Of a DNA stretch of 64,000 bases, positions 13,542-42,657 are shown in pieces (position 1 is the first letter of the stretch; every line of letters begins with the position of its first letter). The DNA comes from Macrostomum lignano (Eukaryota), in contig NIVC01002580.1 of the NCBI GenBank assembly GCA_002269645.1, positions 1 through 64,000 of the forward strand, written 5' to 3'. The notes under the pieces were generated by a model. It did no database searches. It was not told the origin of the DNA and saw nothing but the letters and a program-made list of their open reading frames with translations. A program made the position numbers and the translations under genes.

Positions 13542-15273
13542 CAATTAGCGGTGGAATTTAGTAGCTACCACCGGAAACTCTCATTAAAACTCCACCCGTA
13601 TCACAATTAAATGTCAGCTAAGTCCTTCCAAACCTATTATGGAGTACTGTTTGAAGTACGTGGCATAATATACATGTATGCAGTCTGTACAGTGCAGCTA
13701 TATGTAATATAATATACATGTATATATGAGTGTATATGCATCAACGGGTCGTATGCTATTTTTTATAAGTTACATGTATTCTAAATTAACACCGTACCTA
13801 TACATGTACCTGCAGTATATAATAAACAATTAACTGGAGAAAAGAAGCAGAGCCACGAAAAATTGATGCGGTAGCACATTTTGGGCCAAAAGCAACAACA
13901 GAGACTGCAAATAAAATATCATAACCCACGAATGCCAGAAGCTATTTATTGTATATTAAAATCTCGAATTATTCGAAAAAATCGAATGCGTTTTCAGTGC
14001 AGGACAAAGTTCTGTAGAGTTTTGAAGCGTTTAATTGTGACAGTACTTAAAGGTTGACAGGGTAGTGGGGCGGAAAAAATATGAATTATGTTACCAAAAC
14101 AGTTGAGCTAAAAAGTAAGGGTCTAGAAGTGATGAATCAAGCCTTTAATTAAATATTTGTTAGAGTTTAATTAAATTAGTAAAATTATAGCTCATTCCAT
14201 TGGTTCGATGATATGGTTTAATCCTGCGCGATTTTGTTATAATTTGTTCCAACGAACAAAAAATATTACTTTTTTCGTATATTTTGTTAACTGTTCTAAG
14301 ATTCACAGACAGTTGTTTCGTAATATTGTATATATTAGCAAATAGCAATCAATGCCCTATTAAATCAGAAGTGTGTGCGCAACAAAACCAATTCAAGGTA
14401 GCTAACTCCGATCCTATACGTAAAAAAATTAATTGGCGCCGTGCAAAAAGCATTATTAGTGAGGGCTGAGACAATAACTATTTATCTAACGACAGAGCTG
14501 TTTGAAAAGGTAGTTATTTTAGCAAATTGCACATTAAATATAAATAAAACACAGTATTGTCCGTGACCAAAAATGAATTTCAAAACGCGATCATAATCAA
14601 CAGAAGATCAATTAATTTGGGGCTCGTTTGAGATCGAAACGGATACCGATGCTAGAAAATTAGCAATTAGAAAATTAACTGCGAAGTTTTCAGCACGGAT
14701 TCAAAAATGAAGTTATTTTGATTTCGGAGAAGGATAATTACATATTGAGTTGGTGAAGTGCAAAATATTAATCTCTCACAAAGATGTGATGCTACACCAT
14801 TTAGCGATCCACTTCCGCGGGGTTTTGTCTTCGTGTGAAGCAATCATTTGAAAGTTAATAATAATAATAAACATATGCATATTTACAACACTTGAATACA
14901 CGTTGAACACGCCAAAACAACAAACGGAGCTTGCATGGTGCATGTCGATAAATTTAAGAATCACGCCAAACCGTGCAGTGATCAGCTATCAAACTCTTCT
15001 TTCTCTATAGAGAAGATTATTTATTTCTATCGGTGCATTTAGACATGCACAAGAGAAACTTCGCTCAGTTTCAGTATCCAGTAGTTATTCTCGTGACAGC
15101 TTAGTGATTATCTGTAACTTTTACTTTTCAAAAATTGTAACTCCATATAAATCTTTTTTTAGAAACAGATCCGCCACGTCCTGCTACATGTAGTAGTAGA
15201 TAGACATCGGTCACGAAATTATATGTTAAACTTTGGAGTCGATATTGCCGCTTGGCAAATACACAGACAAAAT

Positions 15274-30381
<15,108 letters not shown>

Positions 30382-31287
30382 CTGCAAAAGTTAAATGTTG
30401 TTTCTGCTTGATCAAACTGGAACTTTTTAGCTCGTTCCAAAAAACCTATACAAGTGCAGGCTGGCTACCGAGATGCTGGCCTATCTACCTGTACAGTGGT
30501 AGGCCATTCTCACCTGGATCAGACAGAGGCCCCGTGGCTGGCGGAGCATCTCTCTGCTGCATAGCAGCAGAATGCATTGCAACAAATACAGCCGATCAAT
30601 TGAATCACTCAATGCTTAGATGCAATATCTATGCCACATGGGGCCTATAGTAGATTATATATTTGTATAGGTATATATACAAGTCCAGTCAGCTTTCAGA
30701 GTTGCACATCCAGTGAGAAGGGGACAGAGGGGGGGCAGGACTAGACAGCAGAATGGCTGGGAGGGTTTGAGATGAGGAATATCAAATCAGAAATGGGCAG
30801 GCGGACAGGGCAGGTGTTGCAGCCGGCACTGAGGAGGCTGGGCTTACACGAGACGAGAAATAAGAATTAGCTGCTCCTGCTCACGCGCGGAGGCTGCCGG
30901 GAGAGGGAAGAAAGAAAGAGAGAGAGAGACAGAGAGAGAGAAAGCTGAGCAGAGAAATTTGATGCCGAAGAGAGCGATCGGTGAGCAGAGCAGAGCAGAG
31001 CAGGATAAGGGCAGACGAAGTTCTGCGGCGGCTTCAGTGACTGCATTCGAGAACGGCTCCACACCCTGTTCTCGCGGCATCAATGGCATCCTTGTCTGCG
31101 CCTCAGACCCTTTCCAACCGCCAACCCCTCTCCAGATTTCATTCTCTTCGCCCCGGTTTACGGTGCTATGCTCGATCCGCTGCGTTCCCCTTCACCCGTT
31201 CCCTCTGAGAGCCGCCCCGAAAAAATGCATTTTCCCTCGCAACTCATATCGGGTTCGTTGGAGGCCGGTTTCTGCTGTGAAATTCGG

Positions 31288-32035
31288 GAGTTCATCTGGC
31301 GCTCATTGGGTAGTTCGTCTTTAGATCATTTGGTAGTTCGTCTTTAGATCATTGGGTAGTTCGTCTTTAGATCATTGGGTAGTTCGTCTTTAGATCATTG
31401 GGTAGTTCGTCTTTAGATCATTGGGTAGTTCGTCTTTAGATCATTGGGTAGTTCGTCTTTAGATCATTGGGTAGTTCGTCTTTAGATCATTGGGTAGTTC
31501 GTCTTTAGATCATTCGGTAGTTCGTCTTTAGATAATTGGGTAGTTCATCTTTAGCTCATTGGGTAGTTCATCTGGCGCTCATTGGGTAGTTCATCTTTAG
31601 ATCACTGGGTAGTTCATCTTTAGATAATTGGGTAGTTCGTCTTTAGATCATTGGGTAGTTCGTCTTTAGATCATTTGGTAGTTCGTCTTTAGATCATTCG
31701 GTAGTTCGTCTTTAGATAATTGGGTAGTTCATCTTTAGCTCATTGGGTAGTTCATCTGGCGCTCATTGGGTAGTTCATCTTTAGATCACTGGGTAGTTCA
31801 TCTTTAGATAATTGGGTAGTTCACCTTTAGATCATTGGGTAGTTCGTCTTTAGATCATTGCGGAGTTCATCTTTAGATCATTGGGTAGTTCGTCTTTAGA
31901 TCATTGGGGAGTTCATCTTTAGATCATTGGGTTAGTTAGTCTTTAAATCATTGGGGGTTCATTTTTAGATCAGAGGGGAGTTCATCGTTAGATCATTGGG
32001 TAGCTCATCTTAGATCATTGGGTAGCTCATCTGGC
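31288..32035. repeat. 23-bp minisatellite
   Basis: Units TTAGATCATTGGGTAGTTCGTCT and CATCTGGCGCTCATTGGGTAGTT. Confidence 0.95.
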
Positions 32036-33454
32036 TGAACTTCAAATTACAAGTATTCAAGTATTCTTAGTCAGCTAAGCTTAACCTAGTCGTGGATTCG
32101 TAACCATAGAGACATGGCTTTTTGAATTCGGAAAGCAGAAGAAATGCCGGAAAGCGGCGAAACACACACACTGGTGCGGGTATCAGATGGCCGCATTGCG
32201 TGGGTTCTAAGGCATTCTCCTTGCTAGCAGGCAAACTGATACACACAGCATTGTAAGGATATAATGATACACACTGTAGAAACGGATGCAGTGCCTCTCT
32301 CCTCAGGTGAGCAATAAAGAAACACTGATTGCAGATTGATCGCAACAAATACACGAATATGGAGGTAGCGCATTCGCGCTTCTTTTTACACTCCCTTGTA
32401 TTGTTAAAAGCTTTCAAATCTTTTTTCAAGAACTGTCAAAGTTGTTACGATTGCAGGGTGAAGCAAACCTTGGCCTACAGGTGTGTAGCTAGTGTTGGTT
32501 TCAAAACCAGTCTAACAGGTGTATAACACTCTTTCCAGGTGAGCAGTACCCAGTCTAGCGGATGTATAAGAGTCAACCTACAAGAAATGAAACAACATTT
32601 GGAAACGATTTGGAAACAGCAGCCCTTCTGACACCAAAAAACTCTATGGTAGACCTGATGTTTTGCTCAAACGACAGCTAATTTCAGATCATATTTAAAT
32701 TTGGAGAGAAAAAAATTATACGACTTACTTTCCAGCACTAGCCTACTTTCAGTAGACTGTACGGCAAATCTTTGTCCATTTTTTCTGCAACCTATGTTTT
32801 CATGCTTTGAGTTAGAGTTTCAGATCTCTAATTCTCGCGCGAGGAGAAGGTAGCTAGAGGGGGGAGAGAGAGAAGATGAAGAAGGGGAGACTGAGCAGGG
32901 AGCAGAGCCGGCAAACATTTCAAAATGACAGGCAAAGCGACGGAGCGCCAATTCGAGCAATGATTATGGAGACGCAGCGCGGAGAGACTTATTCTCAAAA
33001 ATGTGCTCCGGCATGCAAGAAAGGGTTTGGAACAATGACAGAGGGCGAACAACAGTGTCTGAGGGTAATTTGCATTGCACGACAGGGTCCCCCCCACTGC
33101 CTGCCTGCAGCCAGCCCGAGGGCCATAATTTCATTCTCCGACCCTGGCCATTTGATATTCCTGTCGCGCTGATTGCAAGCAGAATAGCTCTGCTTCTAGA
33201 GGAGCCGGCTTCTCCCTAGTCGAAGGAAAACCGTCTGTGAAGACAAAAACTCCACCTGAGACTTTGATGGGGCTGCGTGACGAACAGGCTGAGTCTGTGC
33301 GAGTTGCTAACCGAAAAGTCTCTAATTATTTGCATCCGCAGGTGACTGGCTTGGGATGACACTCTGCCCAGCTTTCACACTGGCATATCGAACTGATGAA
33401 GCTTGGAAACTGCGTCTGTTTCTTGCTGATGGAAGAGAACTCTTATGAGTAATA

Positions 33455-33833
33455 ATTCTAATCGAATTCTTAGAATCGATATTCTAATCGAATTCTTAGA
33501 ATCGATATTCTAATCGAATTCTTAGAATCGATATTCTAATCGAATTCTTAGAATCGATATTCTAATCGAATTCCTAGAATCGATATTCTAATCGAATTCT
33601 TAGAATCGATATTCTAATCGAATTCTTAGAATCGATATTCTAATCGAATTCTTAGAATCGATATTCTAATCGAATTCTTAGAATCGATATTCTAATCGAA
33701 TTCTTAGAATCGATATTCTAATCGAATTCTTAGAATCGATATTCTAATCGAATTCTTAGAATCGATATTCTAATCGAATTCTTAGAATCGATATTTTAAT
33801 CGAATTCTTAGAATCGATATTCTAATCGAATTC
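33455..33833. repeat. 26-bp quasi-palindromic minisatellite, 14 full copies plus a partial
   Basis: Unit ATTCTAATCGAATTCTTAGAATCGAT, almost invariant. Confidence 0.97.
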
Positions 33834-34231
33834 CCTGAATTCCCAGAAAGGGACAAATAAAATTACCCTTCATAAAGCTTGAGCTAACGAAAACAATTTA
33901 AAACTCTGGAAACCATAAAAAAGCTACCTTTGGTTAGTAATAAAAAGTGACACAGATTTAGCGGTGCAAATTGAATAATTGATGTCTCTGAAGGATTCCT
34001 ACGCTCGTATGTGAAAGTGGGACAAACAACAGTAAACTAATAAAGTGAACAGCAAACGAAAGCTTTTTGCTGTACTTAGATTACAGTTTGGGTTGGAAAG
34101 AACTCATCCAGAAAAACCATAAACCATGGACCACCCAGAAACCAGCTACCGGCCTCAGCAATTATTGTTAATAAATCACGCAAAACACAAGAACTCAAGA
34201 AATCTCCGAGGCTTTCCTTGCGTCAACTCAC

Positions 34232-34530
34232 TGCCCATTATGACGGGCTCTCGAACTCCGTCGCGCCTTCGGATGCTGCCAACCCTCATGGGCCCCATCA
34301 CCGACACGGGGTGGTGGTGGTGCGCGAACTTCTTCTCCTTAGCCAACTCCGACGTCAGGCCCGAGGACGCGCCCCCAATCTTGGTGGTGGGGCTCGAAGA
34401 CGACGCTGGCTGACTGCTCGTCGAGTCTTTGTCCTGCAGACGGCGGATTCTGGTGAACGGTCGGCTGGTGTACATTTCCGTGGATGCCAATTTTTCTGGT
34501 TGGGGAATTCCTTTTTTGCTTGCTGAGTAC
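34232..34530 (-). CDS. Candidate upstream (N-terminal) exon of the stomatin gene
   Basis: GC-rich open frame (YSASKKGIPQPEK...HHHHPVSVMGPMRVGSIRRRDGVREPVIMG) ending in a phase-1 A|GTGAGT donor that joins the phase-1 acceptor at 30381 in frame. CAG acceptor at 34531-34533. No homology recognised. Confidence 0.5.
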
Positions 34531-34774
34531 CTGGTCAAGCTGGGGTTTGCTTGCTCAGGACTAATACTGTTGATTTTTACACTTTACTCTCTTCTCAGCC
34601 GGGAGCATAAAACAGTTGCAGCCTGTCCTGCCATGAACGGAAAGGCAGAAGTCTAGAGGGATTTCGCTGCCATTGGCTGGCTGAGCAATTCCTTCCTATT
34701 CAGGTGCCGCCTTGTTTTGCCCTCGGCCACACCTTGCCTCTGATTCCGTTTCATGAGATGCTAAGGCTACGTAT

Positions 34775-36258
34775 CTCATGGCACTCATCTACACACCTCA
34801 TGGCACTCATCTACACACCTTATAGCAGTCATCTACACACCTCATAGCACTCATCTACACAACTCATGGCAGTCATCTACACACCTCATAGCAGTCATCT
34901 ACACACCTCATGGCACTCATCTACACACCTCATAGCAGTCATCTACACACATCATGGCACTCATCTACACACCTCATAGCACTCATCTACACACCTCATG
35001 GCACTCATCTACACACCTCAAAGCACTCATCTACACACCTAATGGCACTCATCTACACACCTCATAGCACTCATCTACACACCTCATGGCACTCATCTAC
35101 ACACCTCATAGCACTCATCTACACACCTCATAGCACTCATCTACACACCTCATAGCACTCATCTACACACCTCATAGCACTCATCTACACACCTCATGGC
35201 ACTCATCTACACACCTCATGGCACTCATCTACACACCTCATGGCACTCATCTACACACCTCATAGCAGTCATCTACACACCTCATGGCACTCATCAACAC
35301 ACCTCATAGCAGTCATCTAAATAACCTCATGGCAGTCATCTACACACCTCATGACACTCATCTACACACCTCATAGCACTCATCTACACACCTCATGACA
35401 CTCATCTACACACCTCATGGCACTTATCTACACATCTCATGGCACTCATCTACACACCTCATGGCAGTCATCTACACACCTCATAGCAGTCATAAAGAAC
35501 ACTCATGGCACTTATCTACACACCTCATGGCACTTATCTACACACCTCATGGCACTCATCTACACACCTCATGGCACTCATCTACACACCTCATAGCAGT
35601 CATCTACACACCTCATGGCACTCATCTACACACCTCATAGCAGTCATCTAAACACCTCATGGCACTCATCTACACACCTCATGGCACTTATCTACACACC
35701 TCATGGCATTCATCTACACACCTCATGGCACTTATCTACACACCTCATAGCAGTCATCTACACACCTCATGACACTCATCTACACACCTCATGGCACTCA
35801 TCTACACACCTCATGGCACTCATCTACACACCTCATGGCACTCATCTACACACCTCATGGCACTCATCAACACGCCTCATAGCAGTCATCTACACACCTC
35901 ATAGCACTCATCTACACACCTCATAGCACTCATCTACACACCTCATGGCACTCATCTACACACCTCATGGCACTCATCTACACACCTCATGGCACTCATC
36001 TACACACCTCATAGCAGTCATCTACACACCTCATGGCACTCATCTACACACCTCATGGCACTCATCAACACACCTCATAGCAGTCATCTAAATAACCTCA
36101 TGGCAGTCATCTACACACCTCATAGCACTCATCTACACACCTCATGACACTCATCTACACACCTCATAGCAGTCATCTACACACATCATGGCACTCATCT
36201 ACACACCTCATGGCACTCATCTACACACCTCATGGCACTCATCTACACACCTCATAGC
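34775..36258. repeat. 22-bp minisatellite, about 67 copies
   Basis: Unit CTCAT(G/A)GCA(C/G)TCATCTACACAC. Confidence 0.96.
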
Positions 36259-36804
36259 GCCCAGTAGTGAATCAAGTCTACCAAAATGGGGGCTGGACTC
36301 AGGGGCTGAAGCACAGCATGACTTTACTCACTAATCTGCTTTGCAGCAGCAGTCGCAGAACTAAAATTATTTTATTATTGGGAGTTAAGGAATAATCTCC
36401 AGACCTTAATCCCCATGATTCGATCAAACTGTCGTCACAGATCCTTAACCACACAATGCGAGTAGGAAATTAGTGGTGGGATAGGAAAAAGCTAAAGGTT
36501 GTAGTACTGGAATGCATATGATCGCTAGGGTTTTTTTGAGTCGGTGGAGGGGTCTAGGATTGGAGCAATATTGAGTGAGACTAGAGAAGACAGGAAGGCC
36601 TGATAGCAGATCTGTAGTCTCCAAGATTGAAATTGTATGTTGTTCTACCGAAATCTTGACATTCTTATTTATATTATGAGCTGAATTGCAGACAACAGGT
36701 AGTTGCCGCGCGCTAGGTGTGAATTAGCTGGGTCATCATCAATACGATAGGATTCCATTGAGCATTTATTCGACTTATGTGGTGCCAAATTGACTTGATG
36801 AACG

Positions 36805-37682
36805 CCTAATGGACCCACTCTATGGGCCCTAATGAACTCACTCTATGAGCCCTAATGAACTCACTCTTTGAGCCCTAATGAACTCACTCTTTGAGCCCTA
36901 ATGAACTCACTCTTTGAGCCCCAATGAACTCACTCTATGAGCCCCAATGAACTCACTCTATGAGCCCCAATGAAATCACTCTATGAGCCCCAATGAACTC
37001 ACTCTCTGAGCCCCAATGAACTCACTCTATGAGCCCCAATGAACTCACTCTCTGAGCCCCAATGAACTCACTCTATGAGCCCTAATGAACTCACTCTTTG
37101 AGCCCCAATGAACTCACTCTATGAGCCCTAATGAACTCACTCTATGAGCCCTAATGAACTCACTCTATGAGCCCCAATGAACTCACTCTATGAGCCCCAA
37201 TGAAATCACTCTATGAGCCCCAATGAACTCACTCTATGAGCCCCAATGAAATCACTCTATGAGCCCCAATGAACTCACTCTCTGAGCCCCAATGAACTCA
37301 CTCTATGAGCCCTAATGAACTCACTCTTTGAGCCCCAATGAACTCACTCTATGAGCCCCAATAGAGTCACTCTATGAGCCCCAATGAAATCACTCTATGA
37401 GCCCCAATGAACTCACTCTCTGAGCCCCAATGAACTCACTCTATGAGCCCCAATGAACTCACTCTCTGAGCCCCAATGAACTCACTCTATGAGCCCTAAT
37501 GAACTCACTCTTTGAGCCCCAATGAACTCACTCTATGAGCCCCAATAGAGTCACTCTATGAGCCCCAATGAAATCACTCTATGAGCTCCAATGAACTCAC
37601 TCTCTGAGCCCCAATGAACTCACTCTATGAGCCCCAATGAACTCACTCTATGAGCCCCAATAGAGTCACTCTATGAGCCCCA
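36805..37682. repeat. 23-bp minisatellite
   Basis: Unit GAGCCCCAATGAACTCACTCTAT. Confidence 0.96.
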
Positions 37683-38277
37683 AAGGTATAGGGCTCGGAA
37701 ATTCGGCAGAACAAGTAAGCCTAAAAGAGGCAAAGTTAAGTAAAGACAGGCAAGTCAGACAATAGAAGCACGAAAGCAAGCACAACAATGGAGGCCCCAG
37801 TCAATGCAGCAACGAATAACAAGACTACAGCAGCCCCCATCCATTCGAGACTAAAAACAAAGGCGAGTTGAGCGAGGCGGATCAGCCAGGGAGCAGCCAG
37901 GCGAAGAAGAATAATGAGCGCGTGGCCCGAGACCGCCAACGGGTGGAGCATCGAGCCGCACCAAAATACCTGACGGCAGTAAAAAACTCAAAGACTAACC
38001 TCCCCTAATTGCTCCAACTCATCTCAGGAGTTCTAGCCGTCAAACTGCTGAGATCTCAAGGCTCACGGGGGAATTGTTGAGTAGGCCAAGGCTTATGGGG
38101 GGAATTGCTGAGATGTCAGAGGGCCATTGTTGGAACTTGTTGGTAGGCCAAGCCCAAGGGTTAAGCCGAAGCTCACAGGGGATGCTGATATCTTTGGCAT
38201 ATTTAGCTACTTGTCGACTTGATATCTTTCTGGTCTGATGCTTCTTTGCTTTAAACATCAGCTTCCTCAGGATACCA

Positions 38278-38944
38278 GCACCAGATGGACTCCCCAATGA
38301 GCGCCAGATGGACTCCCCAATGAGCGCCAGATGGACTCCCCAATTAGCACCAGATGGACTCTCCAATGAGCACCAGATGGACTCCCCAATGAGCGCCAGA
38401 TGAACTCCCCAATGAGTTAAAGATTAACTCCCCAATGAGCGCCAGATGGATTCCCCAATGAGCGCCAGATGGATTCCCCAATGAGCGCCAGATGAACTCC
38501 CCAATGAGCGCCAGATGGATTCCCCAATGAGCGCCAGATGGATTCCCCAATGAGCGCCAGATGGACTCCCCAATGAGTTAAAGATTAACTCCCCAATGAG
38601 CGCCAGATGGACTCCCCAATGAGCGCCAGATTAACTCCCTAATGAGCGCCAGATGGACTCCCAATGAGCGCCAGATGGACTCCCCAATGAGCGCCAGATG
38701 AACTCCCCAATGAGCGCCAGTTGAACTCCCCAATGAGCGCCAGATGGACTCCCCAATGAGTTAAAGATTAACTCCCCAATTAGTTAAAGATTAACTCCCC
38801 AATGAGCGCCAGATGGACTCCCCAATGAGCGCCAGATGGACTCCCCAATGAGCGCCAGATGAACTCCCCAATGAGTTAAAGATTAACTCCCCAATGAGCG
38901 CCAGTTGAACTCTCCAATGAGCGCCAGATGGACTCCCCAATGAG
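38278..38944. repeat. 23-bp minisatellite, reverse-complement relative of the 31.3-kb array
   Basis: Units GCGCCAGATGGACTCCCCAATGA and AACTCCCCAATGAGTTAAAGATT. Confidence 0.95.
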
Positions 38945-39619
38945 TGAAGTGCGATGTTTGAAACACAAATGCTCAATATCTGAATAAATTAAATAAGTTA
39001 ACTTTTAAATATTTATCTACTTGTCTGCTACTGTTAGTAGGCACTAATGTAAATGGACGGAGTTTTCTAACAAAAAGATTAGAAAGGAATAAAACAGCGC
39101 TGTCAAAATTCCTTTTTCATTTTAAATCACCGATTTTAACGACAATTTAATCGACAGTAAAGTGGAGTTAGCTTGATCTTATGATAAATAATTTATAACA
39201 GTACAGAGTTAATTACCTTGCGGCATGTCCACTTTGACTTACAGTGGCACTAGAACTGTAACAGTTAAGTGGCTTTAAATTAATGGCTAATTAAAAACAA
39301 GGATCTCAAATCCTAACACAGGGAAGGGAGGCTGAGCACTGAACCACTGATCAGCAGGATTCTCCCGCCAGCTTACGTTCTGCTTGTCCGCCTCGCTCAG
39401 GCTGTGCCCCAACCAGTTTCAAATACCTTTCCTTCATCATCTCCAGCTGGCCTCCCATCCTCGCAGCCTCTCCCTCGGTATGGGAGAATTGATTCCTCGG
39501 ATTGGTTCTCAGCCAGGGGTACAGAGAGATCGCAAGCGGAGAGTCTGGAGTGAAAAGCTCCGTACCAGGAGGTCAGTAAACGTTTTTTTTACCTCAGGAT
39601 TAGCTAGATAAATAATCCA

Positions 39620-40143
39620 GCTGCGGGCTGCCGGTCGGTGAGAAAGGAGAGGAGAGAGAATGAGACGATAGACGGGATGAGAAATGAAAGGAAAGAGGAG
39701 AGAGGAGAGGAGATGAAGAGAGAGAGAAGAGAGAAGAGGTGAGAGGGGAGAGAAGAGGTGAGGGGGGAGAGAGGAGAGAGAAAAGATGAGAGGGGAGAGA
39801 AGAGGTGAGAGGGAAGAGAAGAGGTGAGAGGGAAGAGAAGAGGTGAGAGGGGAGAGAAGAGGTGAGGGGGAGAGAGGAGAGAGAGAAGAGAGAAGAGGGG
39901 AGAGGGGAGAGACGAGAGAGAAGATGGAGATAGAAGAGGGAAGAGGGAGAGGGGAGAGAGGAGAGAAAAGATGAGAGATGAGAGAGGAGAGAGAAGATGG
40001 AGAGAGGAGAGAGAAGAGGGGAGATAGGAGAGAGAAGAGATGAGATAGGAAGGCAGCGAGCTGAGAAGAGACACAAACATGAGCGGGCCGGATTGCTATT
40101 GCGAAGTTTCAAAGGACCCGAGGGCCGGATAGAGAGGCTTCGC
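39620..40143 (+). mobile_element. Partial relative of the 21.1-kb MITE with an expanded GA-rich interior
   Basis: 40074-40143 (AAACATGAGCGGGCCGGATTGCTATTGCGAAGTTTCAAAGGACCCGAGGGCCGGATAGAGAG) closely matches the right arm of the 21.1-kb element. It is preceded by about 430 bp of purine-rich (GAGA/GAAGAG) sequence. TIRs are absent. Confidence 0.6.
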
Positions 40144-40753
40144 TCATGGGACTTACACCCATTTTCAGAGAAGTAAATTCAATTTGCTTGTCGCTCTTTT
40201 GTGTAAAAAAACAACTTGATTTCTGCATAAGAAAAGATAAAAATTGGATTGTAAACCAGTTCCCAGAAGGGGATGGTCCTTTGCGGCATCGGATTATTCC
40301 AGAATCCTCGCTCGAATAGGGTTCTCCTTGGCTGAGGGAGGAACAGTGGCGGATTCGAGACAGGATTCGGGAGGTCCCAGGCCTCTGCAAGGGTTGTCAG
40401 CCCCCGGACTATCAGCCACAGATCTGCCTTCCCTCACTCATTTCTCAGCCTCATCCGTGACTCATCGACAGGGAAAGAAAAGTAAGCAAAAGTAAAGGGA
40501 TTCGCGAAGCGGCCAAGTGTTACACAGATCCCCGCTACGTATTGATATAATAAGGCAGCTGGGCCGCATCATTGGGAAATCGATATAGGAAAATTGGGGT
40601 TCGGGCCAACGCCTTTTTGTGTTGCTGATGAAATGACACTGATGCTGCTGCTGCTGCTGCTCTTTGTTGCCAAAATCCAATCGAAATTCACGGTGACAGT
40701 CACCGATATCAGAGTCAGATTCACTGAAGTCGAAATGACATTTACTGAAGTCG

Positions 40754-41345
40754 GAGTCTGATCTGCTAATCACGGAATGAGATTCACTGAGCTCCGAGTT
40801 AACTTCACTGAAATCAAAGCGAGATTCACTGAAATCGAAGAGAGATTCACTGAACTCCGAGTTAACTTCACTGAAATCAAAGCGAGATTCACTGAAATCA
40901 AAGCGAGATTCACTGAACTCCGAGTTAACTTCACTGAAATCAAAGCGAGATTCACTGAAATCAAAGCGAGATTCACTGAAATCAAAGCGAGATTCACTGA
41001 ACTCCGAGTTAACTTCACTGAAATCAAAGCGAGATTCACTGAAATCAAAGCGAGATTCACTGAACTCTGAGTTAACTTCACCGAAATCAAAGCGAGATTC
41101 ACTGAACTCTGAGTTAACTTCACCGAAATCAAAGCGAGATTCACTGAACTCCGAGTTAACTTCACCGAAATCAAAGCGAGATTCACTGAACTCCGAGTTA
41201 ACTTCACTGAAATCAAAGCGAGATTTTCTGAAATCGAAGAGAGATTCACTGAACTCTGAGTTAGCTTCACTGAAATCAGAGCGGGATTCACTGAAATCGA
41301 TGTAAGATTCACTGAAATCCGACTTAGCTTCATTGAAATCGGGGT
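40754..41345. repeat. 21-bp two-monomer minisatellite
   Basis: Alternating TTCACTGAAATCAAAGCGAGA and TTCACTGAACTCCGAGTTAAC. Confidence 0.93.
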
Positions 41346-42251
41346 ATGATTCACAAAACTGTAAGTGCAGAAATGCTGAAATCGAAGCAAGATTCAAAGC
41401 CAACTCAAAGCCATATCGAGAGCTAAAACTAGCAACGAGTAGAAAATGTTTTCTTTGCTACTTTTCATCAAGCAGTACTCTAAGTAGCGGAATAGAGCAT
41501 AGCTGACAAGTTTTTCAATAAAATAAAATAATTTCTCGTTTATGCTCGTGTAGTTGAGAAAAAAGTTAGAAAGGACTACAATTATAAAGGAAGTACCCAA
41601 AGACTCAAAGAGATGTCTTAAGTTCCCCGTAGCGAAATGACTGCGAGATGCAAGCTCAAATGTCTACCAAAACTTTTACTTGAGTGGATAATCCGCGACA
41701 CTGCATCGGCATCGTATGGATTAAGCAGAGAAAAAACACACTGTTTTCATTTCATTAATTCCGTTCACGCCCTTTCCCTCATCCTAAAAAGAGGCACTTC
41801 AGACTCTCATCTTCTCCATCATTCTCCTAGCTCATAGTAGAAGCCTCTCTCGTGCAACAACTGCGCCGCTGCGAAGCCAGACTGAGGCAGGCAGTTCCAA
41901 GATGGGGAATTCCGATAAAACAAAAAATTCCAACTCTTCTTTCTGTCGCTCTCTCTCTCTCTCTCTCTTTCTCTCTCGAAAAGTAAACAAACCACTTCGA
42001 TTAAACGGTATAATATTAATTTGTAATCAGCTGGACCATTTGCTTTAAAGTTGGCGTGAATAATTTAGAAAACATGCACCAATACGTTTATAAGAGCATT
42101 TGTACGAGCTATAAAACACAAGCCTAATTTTTTTAGTTAATATCTGATTTTATCGATATTAATTATCGTTTTTATGTTCGAGCCCGTCTAATCTAATCAA
42201 TGAGCTAGGAGTACATGCTTTCAGTCTTTAATAGTGACGCCCTTTTTAGCT

Positions 42252-42657
42252 TCCTGCTACACCAGATTGTTAAAAGCGATTTTATTGCCTGCATTTCTGC
42301 TACCCCAGATTGTTAAAAGCGATTTTATTGCCTGCATTTCAGCTACCCCAGATTGTTAAATGCGATTTTATTGCCTGCATTTCTGCTACCCCAGATTGTT
42401 AAAAGCGATTTTATTGCCTGCATTTCTGCTACCCCAGATTGTTAAATGCGATTTTATTGCCTGCATTTCTGCTACCCCAGATTGTTAAATGCGATTTTAT
42501 TGCCTGCATTTCTGCTACCCCAGATTGTTAAAAGCGATTTTATTGCCTGCATTTCTGCTACCCCAGATTGTTAAATGCGGTTTTATTGCCTGCATTCCTG
42601 CTACCCCAGATTATTAAATGCGGTTTTATTGCCTGCACCCATCCTACCCCAGACATT
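42252..42657. repeat. 43-bp minisatellite, about 9 copies
   Basis: Unit CTACCCCAGATTGTTAAA(A/T)GCGATTTTATTGCCTGCATTTCTG. Confidence 0.93.
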
